Assembly (NCBI RefSeq): GCF_021869535.1
Contig: NW_026262581.1
Location: 96,906,001 to 96,970,000, forward strand
Direction: 5' to 3'
Length of the DNA: 64,000 nt
Source of the DNA: Mytilus californianus
Lineage: Eukaryota
The notes below the pieces were generated by a model, which was given only the letters and a program-made list of their open reading frames with translations, did no database searches and was not told the origin of the DNA. Position 1 is the stretch's first letter, and each line of letters begins with the position of its first letter. A program made the position numbers and the translations under genes. Below, piece by piece: positions 54,401-60,400 of this stretch.

Positions 54401-57400
54401 GGACTTTCACCAGTCAAATCAAAGTCTGATGTAACTTCTAGTGTGGCCCCTTCATCAACAACAAAATTACACTGACATCCATGGTTCAGATCATCAAATG
54501 CTGATATAGTCATCTTAGCATTGTTTGTAATAGTAACAGTACCAGTTCCATCAGATGACAATTTAGCCACTGTAAGAGCTGTTTCTAGTGATAATGATGC
54601 ACTGTTTGTAACCTGAAGTTCATTTAAAGAGGTTGGTAATGATATTCCACTAATTAGTTCTGTAGATCCAGCATGATCTAACACTAAGACTGTTGTTCCT
54701 GATTTGTCCAAGTAAACAGTTCCTGAAAAATCAAGTTATTTAATTACTTGGTATTCAACTTTTACCTTAGACACAAAAATGTATAATCAAATGTGTATAA
54801 ACTTTCATGAATTTCCTTTTACTTCATTAATTACTCATTGATTTGTTACAATAGAACTTTTACTTACTAATTTAAATGACCTAATTCAAGATTTTCATTG
54901 ATAAACATAACATTTCGCTGCATTTCTATAATATATCTGCCAAAGAAATGTTCCCCATCCTCAACCAAAATATAACTGCAACAAGTCTTGACAGTAAAAT
55001 ATTTTTATTACCTTTTTTTTGTATTTTCTTAGAATGTTCTGAATTGACCTTTTGAAATTGGAACTTGTAAACTGGCAATAAAAAAATATATGCAAAAATG
55101 AAACAACTACAAGGAACTATTTGCTTCATCTTATTTTTGCATAATTGGATTTAAAACTTCCTTGTTTACAATATCCATCTGACAAATCAATTTACCTGGT
55201 GATCCATTTCCATCAGCTGATTCAACAGAAATCAATCCATCACTAAAGTCATAGGACGAGGATGAAATAACAGATATTCTTCCACCTCCTCCTCCACCAG
55301 AGCCTCCCTGAGCAAGTATTTTTCCAGTCCCTGTCAATGTTTTACACTGTATCAGTATACTCCCACCGCTGCCACCAGATGTTCCAGATGCACCATTCAT
55401 GTTGACTTCACCATTCAGAGTGAAAGTATTTGTAACAGAGAACTCAATCTGACCACCACCTGCTACAGAGCCATGTCCATTACTGCCATAGTGTCTGGGA
55501 TACACAATACTACCATAAAGTTTGTTTGGATTATCTTTTCCTGATCCACCATAACTGGCCCCATTACTGCTACTAGCTGCAGCACCTGGGCCACCTGAGG
55601 TGTATCCTTTGCCTTCACCAGTAATTTTTCCTCCAAACATTACGTTAATTGAGCCACTATTGATTTTCGTCAGATTTCTATAAGTATCCCCTTTTATAGT
55701 GAGAGTTCCTCCAGCTTCAATTGTAATACTGGTGAATGTGTGTGTTCCAGGATTCAGCTCACATGAAGAACCTTTGTAGATATACATCTTTTGACCTGAA
55801 CATGTGGCAGTGCTTGTTTGACTGATCTGGTTTGTTTTATAACCACTCTTCAGTGAAATGTAGGTAGAAGGGAATGAATAACTACCTGATATGTTATAAT
55901 TGGTTAATTCTAGTTGTATCTGTTGAGTAGGACGGATACATGTACTTGTGTGTTCTATGTTACCACCATCGTCAATAACTAGATCTGTAAGTGTTATTTT
56001 GCTGGTTGTTGTAGTGTCCACATAAGAGATGCCTGTGTTGGCTGGTGAACCTATTTTATAAATGCCACCATTCCGAATAACTACAATTTTTGTTTTTGAA
56101 TTAACTGTTCCACACAGCTCCAAGTAGTAATCTTTTTCCACATTAACTGTTGCTGGAAGTTCAATTTTCCCGTAACTACTGACATACACATTAGCTCTGA
56201 GAAACAACTCTGTCAATGCATTTGGATATCTTGTGGATAAGTACACCTCTGTATAGCTGTCCACTGTAAAGTTAGAGTCAGTTGTATCTGTGGTGATAGT
56301 ACCAACTGTTGCCCCAAGGGATTCTCCTACAGTTAATCTCTTACCAAAGGAGACTCTGGAAGCAGTTTTGATATTAATTTCGTCCACCTGTACAGTTGAT
56401 TCTGTTGTTGGTACAGGTAGTCTGGTAAAAGTATCAGTTGTGTGAATGTTTTTCACTATCACCTGCAAATATGTATTCCAGTTAGTTTTTCAGATATTTA
56501 CATGGTAAATTTCTCTGTTTGAAACATGTTTTTAAAATTGAGAATGGGAGAGGGGAATGTGTCAAAGAGACAACAACCCGACCATAGAGCAGACAACAGC
56601 CGAAGACCACCAATGGGTCTTCAATGCAGCGAGTAACTCCTGCACCCAGAGGTGTCCTTCAGCTGGCCCCTAAACAAATATGTATACTAGTTCAGTGATA
56701 ATGGACGTCATACTAAACTCCAAATTATACACAAGAAACTAAAATTAAAAATGATACCAGATTAACAAAGGCCAGAGGCTCCTGACTTGGGACAGGCGCA
56801 AAAATGCGGCGGGGTTAAACATGTTTTTTGAGATCTCAACCCTCCCCTATACCTCTAGCAAATGTAGAAAAAACAAATGCACAACAGTACGCACAGTAAA
56901 ACTCAGCTAAAGAGAAGTCCTAGTCTGATGTCAGAATAGGAAACAAAAGAAATAAACAAAATGACAATAATACATAAATAACAACAGACTACTAGCAGTT
57001 ACTGACATGCCAGCTCCAGACCTCAATTAAACTGATTGAAAGATTATGTCTTCATCATATGAATTTCAGGCACAATCCCTCCTGTTAGGGGTTTAGTATT
57101 ATACCATCATAAAATATATGAGAAGAACATAACCCGTGTCATGCCAACAACTGGTTTTAGAATAAATATGTTTAATTCCGATGCAAAGACCCTATAAGTG
57201 AATCAATATTAAAGCCAAAATATGCAATCTTTAATGACCTGACAACAGAATCGTAACTATATCCCTTCTTAATAAGTCTGTTTAAAGGTTTTGTTAGCTT
57301 TTGAGGTGAATACTGACATTTTTGTGCTTTGTAAAGAATATTACCATAAAAGATTGGATGTGAAATACCCGAACGTATAAGATGTCTGCATGTTGAGTTA

Positions 57401-60400
57401 TATTTACGAATGATGTCCTTATACCGATGATAAAATTTAGTAAATGTTTTGATTAGTTTATGATATCGAAAACTCTGGTGTAATAATTTTTCAGTAATAC
57501 ATAAATTTCTCTCGCTAAAATCTAATAAGTTGTTACATACACGAGAGAATCGTACAAGTTGAGATATATAAACACCATAAGATGGTGACAAGGGAACGTC
57601 ACCATCTAATAAACAGCTGCGCCATGAGCGCATGATACGCCCGTCGTCTTGTGTGTGAATTTTTATGCAATAAGCATAAATAGTTTCTGACATACGGCGT
57701 GACATGAAAAAAAAAAAAACTTTTTTTTTACAAAAGTCTCAATATCTCTAAAATAAAATTTTGAATCAAAACCAAAAAGTATACAGATCTTAAGATTAAT
57801 ATAACTAAGAAGTGTGTAAAATTTAAAGCAATAATCATAAATCGTTTTTGAGATACGGCACAACATGTGAAAACCCCCTCCCCCTTTTTTTACAAAATAC
57901 TCAATAACTCAAAAATAAAATTTTGAATCATCACCAAAAAGTATACAGATCTTCAGGTTAATATAACTAAGAAGTTTGTAAAATTTTAAGCAATAATCAT
58001 AAACTGTTTTTGAGATACGGCGCGACATGTGAAAAAAAACACACACCTGTTTTAGTTACTAAGTCCCGTAACTCAAAAAGTTTTAATTTTATTTTCACCA
58101 AAAAGTATACAGATCGTTTGACCATCATAAGAAACAACTATGTTAAGTTTCATGAAATTTGGATAAGTCATTCTCAAGTTACGGTGCGACATGTTTACGC
58201 CGGACAGACAGACGGACGGACAGACGGATGGACGCTGGACATTTGTTTACCATAATACGTCCCGTCAAAAATTTGACGGGTGTATAAAAATGGATAATTA
58301 ATGATAAGAAATGAAAAATCATCTCTTTTATCATAAATTTTTGTATTAAGCTTCCCGTTAATGATATAGATATCAAGATCAAGGAAAGGACAGTGGTCAT
58401 TGTTAGTATTAGCTTTATTTAAAGTAAGTTCAACAGGATAAATTTCTTTAGTATACATACTGAAGTCTTCATTATTGAGAGCCAATATATCATCCAAATA
58501 TCTAAAAGTATTGTTACATTTTTGTATCAGATGTTGTTTCGATGGGTCTATGCTGATTTTAGTCATAAATTGTAACTCATAACAATACAAAAACAGGTCC
58601 GCAATAAGTGGTGCACAGTTAGTCCCCATTGGAATTCCGATAACTTGACGATATACGTAATCTCCAAAGCGAACAAAAATGTTATCAAGTAAAAATTCAA
58701 GGGCAGATATAGTATCAAAGCATGTCCAATTGACATAGTTCTTTTGTTTGTTGCTACTAAAAAATGACCTAAAAGAGTTTGAACATATGTATTCGCATTC
58801 CGACTTTTTAAATGCCCATTTAATTAGGTGTGTCAATTTTTTCTTAATAAGAATATGAGGCAAAGTGGTATATAGGGTAGAAAAATCTAAACTTTGAACC
58901 GATTCAAAATCACCAATATATGCATGCAATTTATCAAGTACTTCCAACGAGTTTTTGACACTCCAAAAGTAGTTAATTCCACTATTTTTAAAGGCCTTAT
59001 TTGAACAAGGCCTTTTTGCATTTAATTCATTTCTTGTATAAAAATTAATTTCCCACTATTTTATTCTGAAGATTTTTCTTCCTTAAAACTTATATTTTAC
59101 TGTGAAACTTATTTTTACTATTTCTTTTTGATAGCAGGATATGTAACACCTATTGGTATTATTGACTATATATATTCACTTAAGAAAGAAGAATCAAGGG
59201 TGCTACTTGACATTTTGAGAATAACACATGACTTTAAATTACTCCACTTGTACTATAGCCCAAATGTGAACATTCTTACTGTATTGTTTTAATCATATAT
59301 TGTTTTGAATACCTTTCTATTGGGACTGATTCCATTAACATCTTGACCAAGGTAGACAACTCCAGCACCACCATCCTCCCCACCTCCATTACCTGCACCA
59401 CCGTAGGAAGTAAGTTCACCATAGATGTTACCAGAAACATAAACAAGGGAGATTAATCCTCCCCCTCCTCCTCCTCCATTATAACCATTGCCTCCATTCA
59501 CATTGATGGCTCCTGAAGACAAGATAATAAAAAAATCAAATATGTGCTATCTATGATATTGAGGAAATTAATCTTAAAATTTCCTTACAAAGAATGTTGA
59601 AATGGTATTTACTCTATATTTTTTAAAACAGAATGCTCTGCAATAAAAATTTGATACCAATTAATTTTTTTATGACAATAATTTTCTGAGGGATGACATG
59701 CTGTATTCAACTATTTATGTTTTGATTTATAAATTCAATACACCTGTAGTCTAATTTCTTTTTTTAATCAAATCATTATAAAGCCTGGTTAAATGTATTA
59801 GATATGTAATATATTAAATAAGACAAAAATGAGGAAGAAAAAGAAACATACCTGTAACATCAGCAGAATCAGCTGTTATCCAGATACTTCCTCCAGAGCC
59901 TCCACCACTGTTTGCCGAGGCATTCTCTCCTCTAAATAAAAAGCAATGTGTTTAGTCTATATTGTATACATGTATTAGAAAAAAGAACATATAGGATAGA
60001 TACATAACATAATATTTCTCATTAATTAATATATTGGGCCCCAGTAGGGTACCACCCTTAGGTTGCAATAGGATGTCTCTTAAAAATGCCTCAAGTCACC
60101 AGGTCGCTTATAAGCAAATTTAGGTAAGTCTAATAAGTAAGATTTTGAACATTTTTAAAAGGTCATAGGTCACAGATCGTTTTAAATGAGACATCAATGT
60201 TGCAAGGTCACTGGTCAGATTTTACCCTGTTGGAGCAAAATATATCAAAAGAACAGATTTGATTGATTATTCAAAAATATATCTAAATCATAGTGAAACT
60301 TTCAATCATCATTAAAAAAAAATGCTCTTTTCTTTTTCTTCCATAGCACCCTACAGTTCATCATTCAAATTCTTTGATTTAAACATTTCTCACAATTAAT

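Noticed and set aside
11984-54475. Numerous plus-strand and alternate-frame ORFs overlapping the large exons (His-, Thr- or Pro-rich)
   Set aside because: Shadows of biased codon use (Cys/Gly) in the real minus-strand frame.
57172-59012. Selenoprotein-type Naiad (in-frame UGA/SECIS)
   Set aside because: No in-frame TGA in the RT fragment present and no SECIS that I can support by eye.
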